NCBI RefSeq assembly: GCF_044704955.1
Contig: NC_091980.1
Coordinates: forward strand, 117,304,001 to 117,368,000
Direction of reading: 5' to 3'
Length of the DNA stretch: 64,000 bases
DNA from: Pristiophorus japonicus
Lineage: Eukaryota
In this document: positions 10,764 to 24,330 of the stretch, piece after piece
Layout of the letters: each line of letters starts with the position of its first letter
How positions within the stretch are numbered: position 1 is the stretch's first letter
The notes under the pieces: generated by a model
What the model saw: the letters and a program-made list of their open reading frames with translations, nothing else
Databases searched by the model: none
Told to the model about the DNA's origin: nothing
Position numbers and translations under genes: made by a program

Positions 10764-13700
10764 TGTTATGTATTTAAACCTTTGTAACCTGCATTACACC
10801 TGACCACTAGAGGGCCACCTGTTGGAGTCCCAAGGGATCCCAACATCCATTGGGAGCATAGTATATAAGCAGGCCACCCACGAGGTACCTGCACTCTGGA
10901 ATCTTAATAAGGGAGCTAAGGTCGCACTTGCTCATTACACACAGTACTCAGTCTCACCATTTATTATGAGTGTAACAATTTGCGATGAGGTAACGAACAA
11001 CTGCGCGAAAATGCAAAGAACAGTCGGCATCCTGGCAAAGTTCTCAGAAGAGGATGATTGGGAGGCCTTCATGGAGAGTCTCGACCAATACTTTGCAGCC
11101 AATCAGCTAGAAGGGGACGAGAACGCCACCAAACAAAGGGCAATCCTCCTAACTGTCTGTGGAGCAACAACCTATGGCCTCATGAAGAATCTCCTGGCCC
11201 CGGCAAAACCAACAGAGAAATCCTACAAAAAATTGTGTACGCTGGTCTGGGAGCACCTAAATCCTAATGAAAGCGTTTTGATGGCGAGATATCGGTTGTA
11301 CACGTGTCAACGATCGGAGGGCCAGGAATTGGCGAGCTACGTCGCCGAACTAAGGCGCCTCGCAGGTCATTGTGAGTTTGAGCGATTCCTAGAACAAATG
11401 CTCAGATGTTTTTGTACTGGGCATCGGACATGAGACAATCCTTCGCAAACTGTTGACTGTAGAAACTCCGAATCTGAGTAAAACCATAACGATAGCCCAG
11501 GCATTTATGTCCACCAGCGACAACACCAAGCAGATTTCACAGAACAAAGAAATTTCGACCAGTATTGTACATAAAGTAACGTCGGTTTTGAGCAGAAATG
11601 TACATGGCAGAATGTACACGCCGGCTGCTGTAGCCCAACCTCAATTGACCCAGAGTCCGCCATCATCTGTTAATGCGAGGCAGTTAACACCCTGTTGGCA
11701 TTGCGGAGGTGATCATCGGCCCCATCAATATGTGTACAATGGTTGCAGAACAATGGGACACCTCCAACGAATGTACAGATGAGCTGCAAACCCTGCAAAC
11801 CGTCACGTTGCAGAGGAACGATCCATAGTGGATCAGACTGAATTGGAAACTCGTACTGAGGAAGCAGAAGTGTACGGGGTACACACGTTCACAACGAAAT
11901 GCCCACCAATAATGTTGAAAGTTGAAGTGGACAGCATTCCAGTATCTATGGAACTGGACACGAGGGCAAGTCAGTCCATAATGAGTAAAAAGACCTTCGA
12001 CAGGCTGTGGGGAAGGAAGGCACACAGGCCCAAGCTCAGCCCCATTCACACCAAACTAAAGACTTACACCAAAGAACTAATCCCTGTAATTGGCAGTGCA
12101 GAAGTCAAAGTCTCCTATGATGGAGCAGTACATGAACTCCCGTTGTGGATTGTGCCAGTGGATGGCCCCATGTTGTTTGGCAGAAGCTGCCTGGGGAAAA
12201 TCTTCTGGAACTGGGACGACATCTGAGCACTTTCGTCCGTCGACAACGTCTCATGTACCCAGGTTCTAAGCAAGTTCCCATCATTATTCGAGCCAGGCAT
12301 TGGAAGCTTCTCGGGGGCGAAAGTGCAGATCCATTTGGTTCCCGGTACGCGTCCCATATACCACAAGGCTCAGGCAGTACCGTCCATGATGCGTGAAAAA
12401 GTGGAAATTGAGCTAGACAGGCTGCAACGTGAAGGCATCATTGCGCCGGTGGAATTCAACGACTGGGCTAGTCCGATTGTCCCGGTACTCAAGGAGGACA
12501 GTACGGTTACAATTTGCGGGGACTATAAAGTAACGATTAATCATTTTTCGCTGCAGGACTAGTACCCACTACCCAAGGCAGACGACCTATTTGTGACCCT
12601 GGCTGGAGGGAAGACGTTCACCAAGCTGGACCTGACCTCGGCCTACATGACGCCGGAGCTGAAGGAGTCTTCGAATGCCCTCACCTGCATTAACATGCAC
12701 AAAGGTCTGTTTATCTACAACCAGTGCCCATTCGGGATTTGGTCGGCTGCGGCGATCTTCCAGCAGAACATGGAGAGCCTGCTAAAGTTGGTTTCTTGCA
12801 CAGTGGTCTTCCAGGATGACATATTGGTTACAGGTCGGGACACCATGGAGCACTTGAAGAATCTGGAGGAGGTTCTTAGTCGGTTGGATTGTGTGGGGCT
12901 CAGGTTGAAACACTCGAAGTGTGTTTTCCTGGCACGGGAAGGAGAATCGCAGCAGACAGCATCAGACCCACCGACGCCAAGATGGAGGCCATTAAGAACG
13001 TGCATGACCACAGAACGTGACGGAGTTGTGGTCATTCCTGGGACTCCTTAACTACTTTGGTAATTTCCTAGCACCCTGCTAGAACCCTTACTGCGCAAGG
13101 GAGATGACTGAGTATGGGGGAATTCCCATACAAGAGGCTGCCTTTAAGAAAGCCACAAATTTATTGTGCTCTAACAAACTGCTTGTCCTGTATAACCCAT
13201 GTAAACGATTAGTGTGAGCTTGCGATGCATTGTCATATGGGGTCGGGTGTGTGTTACAACAGGCTAATGAATCGGGGATTTTGCAACCGGTTGTGTATGC
13301 ATCCAGGAGTTTGTCCAAGGCCGAAAGGGCTTACAGCATGGTTGAAAAAGAGGCTCTGGTGTGCGTTTACGGGTTAAAAAAAATGCACCAGTACTTATTT
13401 GGCCTCAAGTTCAAGCTTGAAACTGACCACAAGCCGCTCATATCGCTATTCTCGGAGAGCAAAAGGATTAATTAATACCAATGCCTCTGCCCGCATCCAA
13501 AGATGGGCGCTCACACTGTTGACATACAACTATGTAATCCGCCACAGACCAGACACAGATAACTGCGCAGATACTCTCAGTCGGCTACCATCACCCACCA
13601 CCGGGGTTGAAATGGCACAGCCAGCGGACTTGCTCATGGTCATGGAGGCACTTGAGGACGAGAAGTCCCCCGTTATGGCCCGCCAGATCAGGACCTGGAC

Positions 13701-15189
13701 CAGCCAGGATCCTTGGCAAAAAACTGTGTCCTCCAGGGGAGCTGGTCCAGTGTCCCAGTGGAGATGCAGGAAGCGATTAAGCCGTTCCACAGACACAAAG
13801 ACAAGTTGCCCCTGCAGGCGGACTGTCTTTTGTGGGGCAATCGTGTGGCCTTGCCCAAGAAAGGCAGAGACACATTTATTTGCGAACTGCACAACACCCA
13901 CCCAGGCATAGTAATGATGAAAGCCATAGCCAGGTCTCACGTGCGCCAGTGCAACACTTGCTCTCAGAGAGGCACCGCTAAGTTTGTGCTCATGGCCATC
14001 CAAACCATTGTCGAGGATCCATGTAGACTATCCGGGCCCATTCCTAGGCAAAATGTTTTTGGTTGTCGTGGACGCTTACCCAAAATGGATTGAATGTGCA
14101 ATAATGTCTGTAAGCACATCCACGACCACCATTGAAAGCTTATGAGCCATGTTTGCAACACACGGCTTGCCTGATGTCCTCGACAGTGACAATGGGCCGT
14201 GTTTCACCAGTGCTGAATTCAAGGAATTCATGACCCGCAACGGGATCAAACATGTCACATCTGCCCCGTTCAACCTCGCATCCAACGGCCAGGCAGAACG
14301 GGCAGTTCAGACTATCAAGCAAAGCTTGAAACACGTGTCGGAAGGCTCCCTGCAGACCCGATTGTCCCAAGTGCTGCTCAGCTACCGCACCAGACCCCAC
14401 TCACTCACCGGGATTCCCCCAGCTGAGCCGCTCATGAAAAGGGTGCTTAAAACAAGGCTCTCTCTTGTCCACCCTGATCTCCATGATCACGTGGAGGGCA
14501 AGCAGCTTCAACAAAGTGTGTACCATGACCGCGCAAATTTGTCACACGATATTGAGATCAACGATCCTGTGTTTGTGCTGAATTATGGACAAGGTCCCAA
14601 ATGGCTCCCTGGCATGATCACAGCCAAAGAGGGGAGTAGGGTGTTTCAGGTCAAACTGACCAATGGACAAATGCACACAAAACATTTGGACCAAATCAAA
14701 TTGCAGTTCACCAACAGCTACGAAATACCCGAAGAGGACACCACCAAATTTGACCTTGCAACACACACACAAGTGGCAACTGACATCATAGTTGACCACG
14801 AAACTGAACTCATCATCCCCAGCAGACCAGCAAGGCCGGCTGCCCAACAACCCAGTGAAGAACTGACCAACCTACGCACACCAGCATTTGTATCGAGATG
14901 ATTGACAAGGAAGCGCGAAGCCCCAGATCGTCTCACCTTGTAAATAAGTGTACTGTTGACTTCATGGGGAGTGATGTTATATATTTGACCCTTTGTAACA
15001 TGCATTACACCAGGCCACCAGACGGCCCACCTGTTGGTGTCCCAAGGGATCCCAGCATCCCTTGGGAGCACAGTATATAAGCAGGCCACCCACGAGGTAC
15101 CTGCACTCTGGAATCTTAATAAAGGAGCTAAGGTCACACTTGTTCGTTACACACAGTACTCAGTCTCACCATTTATTATGAGTGTAACA
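10764..15189 (+). mobile_element. Full-length, decayed Ty3/Gypsy LTR retrotransposon
   Basis: LTRs 10764-10977 and 14975-15189 (TG...CA); 5-bp TSD GCTCT; PBS-like TTGCGATGAGG; PPT GGGGAGTGA; gag, protease (ELDTRAS), RT (FQDD), RNase H, integrase (SDNGPCF). Confidence 0.96.
11011..14943 (+). pseudogene. Gypsy gag-pol pseudogene (multiple stops and frameshifts)
   Basis: Consecutive ORF fragments from 10822 to 14901 in gag-PR-RT-RH-IN order. Confidence 0.9.
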
Positions 15190-16604
15190 GCTCTAATTAG
15201 CTCATTGTAAATATATCAAGCCAGGGGACCAACCATAGCTCAATGAGGAGTACAGAAGAGCATGCCAGGAGCAACACCAAGTATACCTAAAAATGAGGTG
15301 CCAACCTGGGGAGGCTGCAACACAGGACTACATGCAGGCTAAACAGTGGAAGCAGCATGTTATAGACAGAGCTAAGCGATCCCTCAATCAACGGATCAGA
15401 CCAATGCTCTGCAGTCCTGCCACATCCAGTTGTGAATGGTGGTGTGCAATTAAACAACTAGTGGGAAGAGGAGGCTCCATGAATATCCCCATCCTCAATG
15501 ATGGTGGAGCCCAGCACGTGAGTGCAGAAGACAAGGCTGAAGCGTTTGCAACCATCTCCAGCCAGAAATGCCAAGTGGATGATCCATATCCACCTCCTGA
15601 GGGGCCCACCACCACAGAAATCAGTTTTCAGCCAATTCGATTCACTCCACGTGATATCGAGAAATGACTGAGTGCACTGGATACACCAAAGGCTCTGGGT
15701 CACAAAGACATCCGAGCTGCAGTGCTGAAGATTTGTGCTCTAGAACTAGCCTGCCTCTAACCAAGCTGTTCCAGTACAGCTACTGGCATCTACTCGACAA
15801 TGTGGAAAACTGCCCAGATATATCCTGTCCACAGAAAGCAGGACAAATCCAATCCGGCCAATTACCGCCAATTACTCTCAATCATCAGCAAAGTGATGAA
15901 AGGTGTAGGTGACAGTGCTATTAAGTGGCTCTTACCAATAATCTGATCACCAATGCTCAGTTTGGATTCCACCAGTACCACTCGGCTCCAGACTTCATTA
16001 TAGCCTTGATCCAAACATGGACAAAAGTGCTGAATTCCAAAGGTGAGGTGAGAGTGATTGCCCTTGATATCAAGGCAGCATTTGAACGATTGTGACATCA
16101 AGGAGCCCTAGTAAAATTGAAGTCAATGGGAATCAGGGGGAAAACTCTCCACTGGCTCAAGTCATTCCTAGCACAAAGGAAGATGGTTGTGGTTATTGGC
16201 GGTCAAACATTTCTGCCCCAGGACATCGCTGCAGGAATTACTAAGGGCAATACCCTAGGCCCGTCATCTTCAGCTGTTTCACCAATGACCTTCCCATCCA
16301 CCATCTTAAACAATCACTCCCTCCACCATTGGCGCACGATGGCAGTAGTGTGTGCCATCTACAAGATGCACTGCAGCAACTCACCAAGGCTTTTTCGGCA
16401 GCACCTTCCAAACCCGCAGCCTGTACCACCTAGAAGGACAAAGGCAGCAGGTGCATGGAACACCATCCCCTGCAAGTTCCTCGCCAAGTTAGATCCTGAC
16501 TTGAAAATATACTACTGTTTGTTCATCGTCGCTGGGTCAAAATGCTGGACTTCTCTCCTTAACTGCACTGTGGGAGTACCATGTGGGTATTCAGAAGTGG
16601 GGAT

Positions 16605-16789
16605 TGTTATGTATGCAACACCTTGTAACCAGCATTCTAGCACCACCAGAGGGCGCATCTGTTGGGAGCACTGCATATAAACAGGCCTCCCATGCTGTGC
16701 CAGCACCCTGGAGTCAGAATAAAGAGACCAAGGTCACACTTACTCAAGTCTACAGTACTCAGTCAGATTGCTTTATTTGAGACATAACA
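16605..16789 (+). mobile_element. Gypsy-type solo LTR
   Basis: TGTTATG...CATAACA termini, 5-bp TSD GGGAT, TATA and AATAAA; resembles the LTRs of the 10764 element. Confidence 0.9.
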
Positions 16790-17483
16790 GGGATGTTTGT
16801 TGATGATTGCATAGTGTTCAGTTCCATTCACAACTCCTCAGATAATGAAGCAGTCCACATGCAACATGATCTGGACGACATTCAGGTTTGGGCTGATAAG
16901 TGGCAAGTAACATCCCCACCAGACAAGTGCCAGGCAACGACTATCTTCAACAAGCGAGAGTCTAACCGCTGCCATTGACATTACCACCACTGAATCCCCA
17001 GCCATCAACAACCTGGGCATCACCATTGACCAGAAACTTAACTGGATCAGCCACTTAAATATTGTAGCAATGAGTGGGTCAGAGGCTGGGTATTCTGCAG
17101 TGAGTGTCTCACCTCCTGACTCCCCAAAGCCTTTCCACCATCTACAAGGCACAAGTCAGGCATTAGTTTCGAATACTCTCAACTTGCCTGGATGAGTGCA
17201 GCTCCAAGAACACTCAAGGAGCTCGACACCATGCAGGACAAAGCAGCCCGCTCGATTGGCACTCCATCCACCACCTTAAACAATCACTCCCTCTACCATC
17301 GGCATACCGTGGCTGCAGTGTGTACCATCTACAAGATGCACTGCAACAACTCTAAAAGGCTTCTTCGGCTTCAACTCCCAAACCTGCGGCCTGTACTACC
17401 TAGAAGGACAAAGGCAGCAGGCACATGGGAACACCATCTCCTCCAAGTTCCCCTCCAAGTTACATTCAATCCTGACTTGGAAA

Positions 17484-17934
17484 TGATGTGGATTATGACA
17501 AAGACACTCAACACAGGTCTGTTGTGGAGAAAATAATTGTTTAATTGCTTAATCAAGGAAGATACGGCTACTCCAATTCTTCAACTGGGTGCGTTCCCAA
17601 CCGTTCTCATCGAACACTTTAGGAGTTGCTCCTTTATACAGAATTCTTTGCAAAGTCATCATTTACCTTATCATTGGTCAGTCTTTCTACTGCATGACAA
17701 TCTTCGCTTTGTTACAGATTGTTTAATTTTAACTTTGCTGATTGTTCCAGAATGAACAGATGTATCCTGCATCCTGCCAACAACAGGTACCCACTCCCCA
17801 GACCCAAGACCCTAGTTCTGGCAGGAACTTACACCATTGTTCTGGGTTGCACCTGATAATTTTGCTACATCATCTTATTTTTTTTTTTTGCATGGCTAGC
17901 TTAAAGCACATTTAACTCTTTAATTGCCCCTTCA
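17484..17934 (-). mobile_element. Solo LTR, ERV-like (4-bp TSD)
   Basis: TGA...TCA termini with TSD GAAA; removing it restores the LINE sequence cttggaaatatat; TATA-like GTATAAAGG on the minus strand. Confidence 0.8.
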
Positions 17935-19124
17935 GAAATATATTGCTGTTCCTTCATCGTCGCTGGGCCAAAATCCTGGAACTCCCTCCCTAACAGCACT
18001 GTGGGAGTACCTTCACCACAAGGACTGCAGTGGTTCAAGAAGGCGGCTCACCATCACCTTCTCAAGGGCAATTAGAAATGGGCAATAAATGCCGGCCTTG
18101 CCAGCGATGTCCACATCCCAGGAACAAGTAAAAAAAAGACTGCTTGCTTCATTTTTTCTGAAACCCTTGGTTCTGAAGTGCCAGTTTGTTTCAGTGTTTC
18201 ATTGTCTGCTTTTTCATAATAATTTTACAATAAAGAGATGCTTGGTGAACTGCTACAAAGCTCGAGTTATGTGTTTTATTATGTAAATAAAGCAGTTTAA
18301 AAATCTAGAGCAATCTGTAGACTGCAAGAGCCAGGCCTGAGAAGTAATCAGTGAAATGTGGGAGGAACAGCCTCAGTGCTGGAAATAATCCATCAGACCC
18401 CAGTGTTTTCTGATGCGGTGTAATTAATATTGTCCCATAATCCACTAGCGTCCATTCACAATGCACTGTCTGTGTCTGTAGGGAGTAAAAAATATCGTAG
18501 AAGCTTTTAAATATAATTTTTCTGTGTGCTTAAACAGCAATCCCTCGGTACAGAAGGCCAAGGGCATCATAAATGTGCTAAAGAAGCATTTCCAGCATTT
18601 TCTGTTATCATGTTGCAGTAGCATTGATTTTTGGGGACAGGATTTTTCCCATTGCTACTAATTATATCAGCTGTCCTATAACACTCTGGGCTAGAACCTC
18701 CACTTTTGTGCTTATCGCCCAAAAATGGGCGTTATTTCCGGTGTGGGCGGTAAAAAGGGTTTTCAGATCGCCGGCTTCTCGCCCATTCTCAAAGCATCTA
18801 GTCTCCATTTTTGAAAATGGGCGTTACCGCGAATGATATGAAATGGGCGGTAGCGTTAAATTTTTTTGACCTTCTGCCGTAAAGTGTGGCCATCCTTAGC
18901 AACGGCATGGCAGTGCTCGATTCCCGCGATTCAGGAGGTCAAGGGTCATCATGACATGTGCAGAAGAGGAGAAAGAGAGTGAGGGAGCTCAGAGGGACTG
19001 AAGGCGTGGTTGGGTGTGGTGTGGCTGCTTTGGGAAGAAGGAAGGAGACGTTAGGGTTTCACAGCAAGTAGGCAAATAAAAATTAGCTGCTACCAGCCAC
19101 ATATTTGCCCAAATTTGGCCTATA

Positions 19125-20877
19125 ATGGAGAGAGAGGAGGAGGCATCACAGTACGCTGTGGAGACTGATGCTGGAGAGAGCAATGAGGTGGGAGAAGAGC
19201 ACATTGGAGGACGCAAAAGAGCCAGGAGGTTCTCGGACGAGGCAACTGCCTCCCTCCTGCAGGAGGTTGAGTTATGCTGGAGTGATTTGACACAGGGTGG
19301 GCGTGGGAAGCCCACCCCAAAGGCATACCAGAGGATATGGACCGAGATAGCAGAGGTGGTCTCGTCAGCGACCAACTAATGCCGCAAACGATGCAACGAC
19401 CTTGTGGGATCCGCAAGAGTAAGTATTACTTTGATTTACATGTGATTATGTATTTATATAATTTGATTTGTAACAGTCATGAGTGACTATCAACAGATGT
19501 GAGGTCTTTCACTTTTACCGGGAAAGTTTTACTCAAAGCCTGCGTCACGGTGTACGTCTTTAGGTAAAGAATGATAATTTTCATAATAATCATGATTACA
19601 TCTGTAGGTTATGTGTTGTATCAGTCTCTGTGACAGTATCTAGAAATGATATCACGCAATGATCTCATGCCATGTCGTTCTGTCACCTTTTACAGAAGAA
19701 GCTATTGACGATGAGGTCCATGCAGAGGTGAATGGGTGGGGGGCCACCAGTCACCAGCGGCATCACTGAGATGGAGGAGCAGGTGCTCGCACTCATGGGG
19801 AAGCACCCCGGGACAGTCACGGACATCTGCAGACCCTGAAGTGACGCCACGTGAGTAAAGTTTACACCATTGTATGATATAAAGTCAATAGATGCCACAC
19901 CCACTCATATCCGAACAATCATATATGATAGATGATTTCTAAAATTGTCATAGAAATAATGATGGTCTAATGAAAATCATTGCAATGCAAATGTGTTGAT
20001 CGTTATGAAATGTGATGTCTGCGATGATTTTGATAGTGGTGGTGCTTTTGTCGTGCATATGCTGTATGTAGCGCTGGACTCACCTTGTGACCCGTGCACC
20101 CCCTTCTCCTCTAATAACCTCATTTGTGTTTTGCAGCTCAGCCAGCAGCACTTCCCAAGGCAAGACCACAAAGGCCAGAAGGTGGGTGTGCGGGGCCCGA
20201 CTCTCCGGACGGTCCTACATCTGCTGCTTAGGAGCTCTGATTCTTGCCCGTCAATGTGCTGGGTCTGTTCTCCATGGATTAGAGCGTGGACTCCGAGGAA
20301 CCTGCATCGCCATGCTCCAGAAGCCATTCCACCCCAAGGCCATCTCGTGCTCCTCCGGTCATTCCCGCCTCCACTCTGGAGGTACCGGCCGCAAGCACCT
20401 CGCCACAGGGCACCCCATTTGTCCCTTGGACGGCGCCGACACCGTGGAGGTCTCGTGGACGTGGCAGGTCTGTTCCATGAGCGCCACATGAGAGCGGAGA
20501 GATGGTACAGTTGTCCAGGAGGACTTTAGACATTGGTGACCAGCTCATCGAAGCATTGGGGGGCATATCCCGACAGCTGGCCACCATGACCGAGTACATT
20601 CCGCGGATGGCGGAGGCCCTAGATGCAATAGTCAGGAACATTGCTGGCACAGGCCTCCCAGTAGTCCGCGAGCGCATCTCCACCCCTAGGTTTTGCACCA
20701 CCACTGCGAACGACAGATGAGCATAAGGATCAAGATCCTGCTTCTGCATCAGAGAATGTTGCCCCCTCGGCACCCCCCGCTCCCAGACCCGTGCAACGAC
20801 CGCATCTGCCTTCATCCCCCCCAATGAGGGAAGGGGTAGAGGTGGGGAGAAGAAGGGGAGGGGGGAAGGAAAGTGAG
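19125..20877 (+). pseudogene. Harbinger Myb/SANT-like protein gene, 3 exons (19125-19418, 19696-19850, 20137-about 20877), disrupted
   Basis: RKRARRFSDEATASLLQEV...IWTEIAEVVSS; canonical GTAAGT/TACAG and GTGAGT/TTGCAG junctions; premature stop at 19377. Confidence 0.8.
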
Positions 20878-21285
20878 GTGCATGTCTACAGGTGATGGCT
20901 GTATTATATCTCCATCTGGGTGTATGCAATTTGTTGTAATGTATGAGGCTGGGGACCACCCTCCTGCTTTGCCTTTGTATTCTGTGTTGCTGGACATGTT
21001 GAACATTTGATTGATGTCAATGGTGGAAAAAGTGGGGTGTGGGTGGGGATTGGATGTTATTGCCTGTGATACTTATGATTTCAGATCAATGTTGGGAACA
21101 TTTTCTCAGATAGCTGGACCGTTACACATTGGGGATTCCTTAACATGAAAGGGTTAAATACAACTTAACATCAATCAACGTAAACTTTAACTGGCACCAA
21201 GGTAATGGCCACCATTGATGTCTGAGCTGCACTCACATAGCAGTGTGTCAGCGTTGTCACTCACATCAACGCTCTTTCAGGCAAA

Positions 21286-21590
21286 TCATTCAGATATCAG
21301 CTCCTCACGTAAGAGTCTTGCAGCTATATAGCCACCACGGGCCCTTTCCTGCTGTCTGGAGGGGGTCGTGGGCATGGTTGCATAGCCAGCCTGATTGTCT
21401 GCCGTTAGGTCAGCGTCCAGCCCCTTGTCGTCCTCTTCTTCTCTCTCCTGAGGTGGAGCATCAGTGCCTTCTGGCAATTCTTGGCCCCTCATGATAGCCA
21501 GGTTGTGCAGCATGGAGCACATGACCACGAATTTACCTACTTGCTCAGGGTTGTATTGTAGCTCCCCTCCTGAGTGGTCAAGACATCTCA
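21286..21590 (-). pseudogene. Harbinger (HARBI1-like) DDE transposase C-terminal remnant
   Basis: RCLDHSGGELQYNPEQVGKFVVMCSMLHNLAI...ARLLREELI. Confidence 0.9.
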
Positions 21591-22904
21591 ACATCATAGG
21601 CGGTCCCTTGAACGAGGATGCACTCTATTTCTTTATTTTCTCTCTCAAGACATCTGAAGCGCTGATTAAGCACAATTATTGTTTGGTGGCCCCATTGCAT
21701 TGAAAGTATAATAGCGATTGATCAGAAATAATGGTTTCCTCACTAAAATACACCTGGAGTAAAGCCCCAATAGTCCAGAGTCTGAAAATATGTCTGTTGA
21801 GATGTTCACTCACCTGAGAAAAACTCCAGAGTCAATGCAAATGCCCCCGAAGTTGAAGCAGCCTTTTGAATGAAGCGACCTGCGATTTTAAAAATGCCAG
21901 CCACACCACTGCCGTTCGTTCAGAACAGTTCCATTTTTTTCTGGGTGGTTTTTTGGGCGATATGTGTACAAGGTGGTGAAAGTGACCGTGGGCGATCTCC
22001 TGGGCGTTAGTGTCGCCAAATGTTCTCTTTATGACAAAAAAAAGTGGGCGGTCGGTATGATTGAATCTCAGCGTTAATTCTGTGCGGATAGTAACACTGG
22101 GCAATATTATGGGTGTTGATTTCGCCCATTCTGATGATTCCGCCCAAAAAAAGTGGGCGGGCGATAATATTTTTTCCCGCCGTTAAGCACATGTGGAAAG
22201 TAACGCTCGGCAATAAGTTTCCTAAAAATGCCCGTCAGTTTCTATTTTGTGCCAAAAGTGGGCGATAAATGGGCGTTATACGTCATTTCAGCGGTAAAAT
22301 GGGCGTTAAGTGGACGTTGGGCTTGCAAAAATAGTGGAGGTTCTAGCCCATTGTGTTTGTACATTGCATTTGTTTAAATAAAATGGAATGGTTCAAAGGT
22401 GACCTTTCAATACATTATGAACGAACAAAAATCCATGAAGTACTGCACCTGATTGTGTGCAACTCAGATTGGAATCATATCATAAAATGAGAGCACAGCA
22501 GTCCTCAGAAGACCTGGTCTGAACTATAAAGACGAAACTGAGTTAGAATCGCAGAATGCTACAGCTTAGAAAGAGGCCATCGGGCCCATTAAGTTTGCAC
22601 TGGTGTTTTTCTCTACATGAATACCTAGTCTAATCCCACTTTCCTGCTCACTCTCCTTTAATATTCCTCTTTTTCAAGTAGCTATCTAACTCCCTGTTAA
22701 AAAGAATTTATGGACTTAGTTTCAATAAAGGTTTGTCGCTGAGAGTTCCATATTCTAACCACCCCTTCTAAAGAACTTTTTCTAACCTCTTTAATTCATT
22801 TTGTGATTGTCTTAAATTTGTGTCCCCTCATTCCCATCTTACTGACCAGCGCAAACAATCTATCACGATTTACCATATCATAATCCTTCAGCTTTTGTCT
22901 GTCT

Positions 22905-24330
22905 CTCCAGAGACTTGAGCATGTAATCTAGGTTGACACTTTAGTGCAGTACTGAAGGAGTGTTGCACTGTCAGTGGTGCCACCTTTCGGATGAGACGGT
23001 AAACCAAGACGTCTGCTCTCACAGGTGGACTGTAAGCGGTTTTGATCCTAGCTCAATGGCTAGATGGACATTTCGAATCGCCCCCGCCTTATGAGAATTC
23101 TATACCCGGGGATTATTATTCAGAGTGTAAATGGAATAAGTCACGGACAGGAATGCTTCGGTGAAAAATCGCACTTATTTATTTGGTCTAACATACACTG
23201 GCTAAAACATGCACTACTAAAGAAAATCACTGTCTCTGTGGAGAATAAGATCCAGATTAAAACAACATACAGTACAACACTGGGGTCCGGTGACATGCAG
23301 TCATTTCCTTGTTGCTATGGTGGAGTCTAACTCCCCCCTACCAGCAAATTACCCAGTCGCATGAAGCTCCCTCACCAGAATAGCCCAAAAAAGCTTCACT
23401 TCCAAGAAAACTCTGAGCCCTTTACACCCCAAACAGCTCGCCTGGCGCTCTGATTACCGGCTTGGAACACTCGCGACGTGCTCACCAGTTGGTCTCGATC
23501 GCTCAGCTGGTCCTTCGTCTTGTCACGTCGGTCTCGGTGGAGGGAGAGAGAGGGGGAACGCTCGAACACTCCAGAATGCTCCAGAGCACTAGAGAATGGT
23601 GGAAAAGAGTCTATCTGTAAAGGAGTCCTGCTGCCCTTATCTCTCCCGCCAATCTTTGAAATCCTTTTGCTTCTAAGTATCCAGTGCTTAGTCGGTGATG
23701 AGCCATCAAACCAATGTGTATTGGACCGATGGCCCTGGGTCTGGGACATCTCTCGGCTTTTGTGTAGGAAGAACTGGCCCCTCTTGGTCTGGCCAGGCTA
23801 GTAGGTCCATTGTTCTGCTTCTCTTCTGAGATGGAGGTGAGAAGTGCCTTCGCATATTAGATTGGTTTTCCAATAGTTTATGCATGCCTCAGATATCTGA
23901 ACCCCTTTTCTTTTGCTAGGGCGAACTCGTACATTCTGAATGACTGACAGTTCTTTGTCATGGCCATCTGCCATGCGGTCTCTGGAGTTTTAACAAACCA
24001 GCCTTTTCACATATCTGCACAGGGTGATCCCATCACAGGGAAAGTACCCTCAGAGAAAAAAACCCCATAAAGTCCACAAAACATTCTCGACTGAGTCCAT
24101 TCTTTAAACAGAGACTTTGCGATCTCTTCAGGACTTAAACGATCCCATGACATTATTTGTAGAAGAGCAAGGGAGGTCTACCCATTTTCCTGACCAATAT
24201 TTATCCCACAAGCAACATCAGATTATCTGGTCATGATCTCATTGTTTTTGTGGGATCTTGCTGTGCGCAAATTTTCTGCCGCATTTCCATTACAACAGTG
24301 GCTACACTTTAAAAGTACTTCATTAGCTGT
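22905..24330 (+). mobile_element. Deu-domain SINE (SacSINE1/AmnSINE1-like), split by a solo LTR
   Basis: agtgcagtactga...gatgagacggtaaacc...caggtggac|...gatcccatg...gaagagca core. Confidence 0.85.
23031..24130 (-). mobile_element. 1.1-kb solo LTR, ERV1-like (4-bp TSD)
   Basis: TGTAAG...CTTCA termini, TSD GGAC, minus-strand AATAAA near 23177; the SINE rejoins when the insert is removed. Confidence 0.85.

Larger units (their letters stand above)
15220..18140 (+). mobile_element. CR1/L2-group LINE (second family), rearranged and interrupted by two solo LTRs
   Basis: GIRGKTLHWL, FVDD, WADKWQV motifs; 3' end cttctcaagggcaattag...aataaatg...poly(A) shared with copies ending near 32550 and 60920. 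Confidence 0.88.
18688..22349 (+). mobile_element. PIF/Harbinger transposon, internally deleted (Myb gene on +, transposase remnant on -)
   Basis: 17-bp perfect TIR GGGCTAGAACCTCCACT/AGTGGAGGTTCTAGCCC; convergent Myb/SANT and transposase remnants. Confidence 0.93.
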
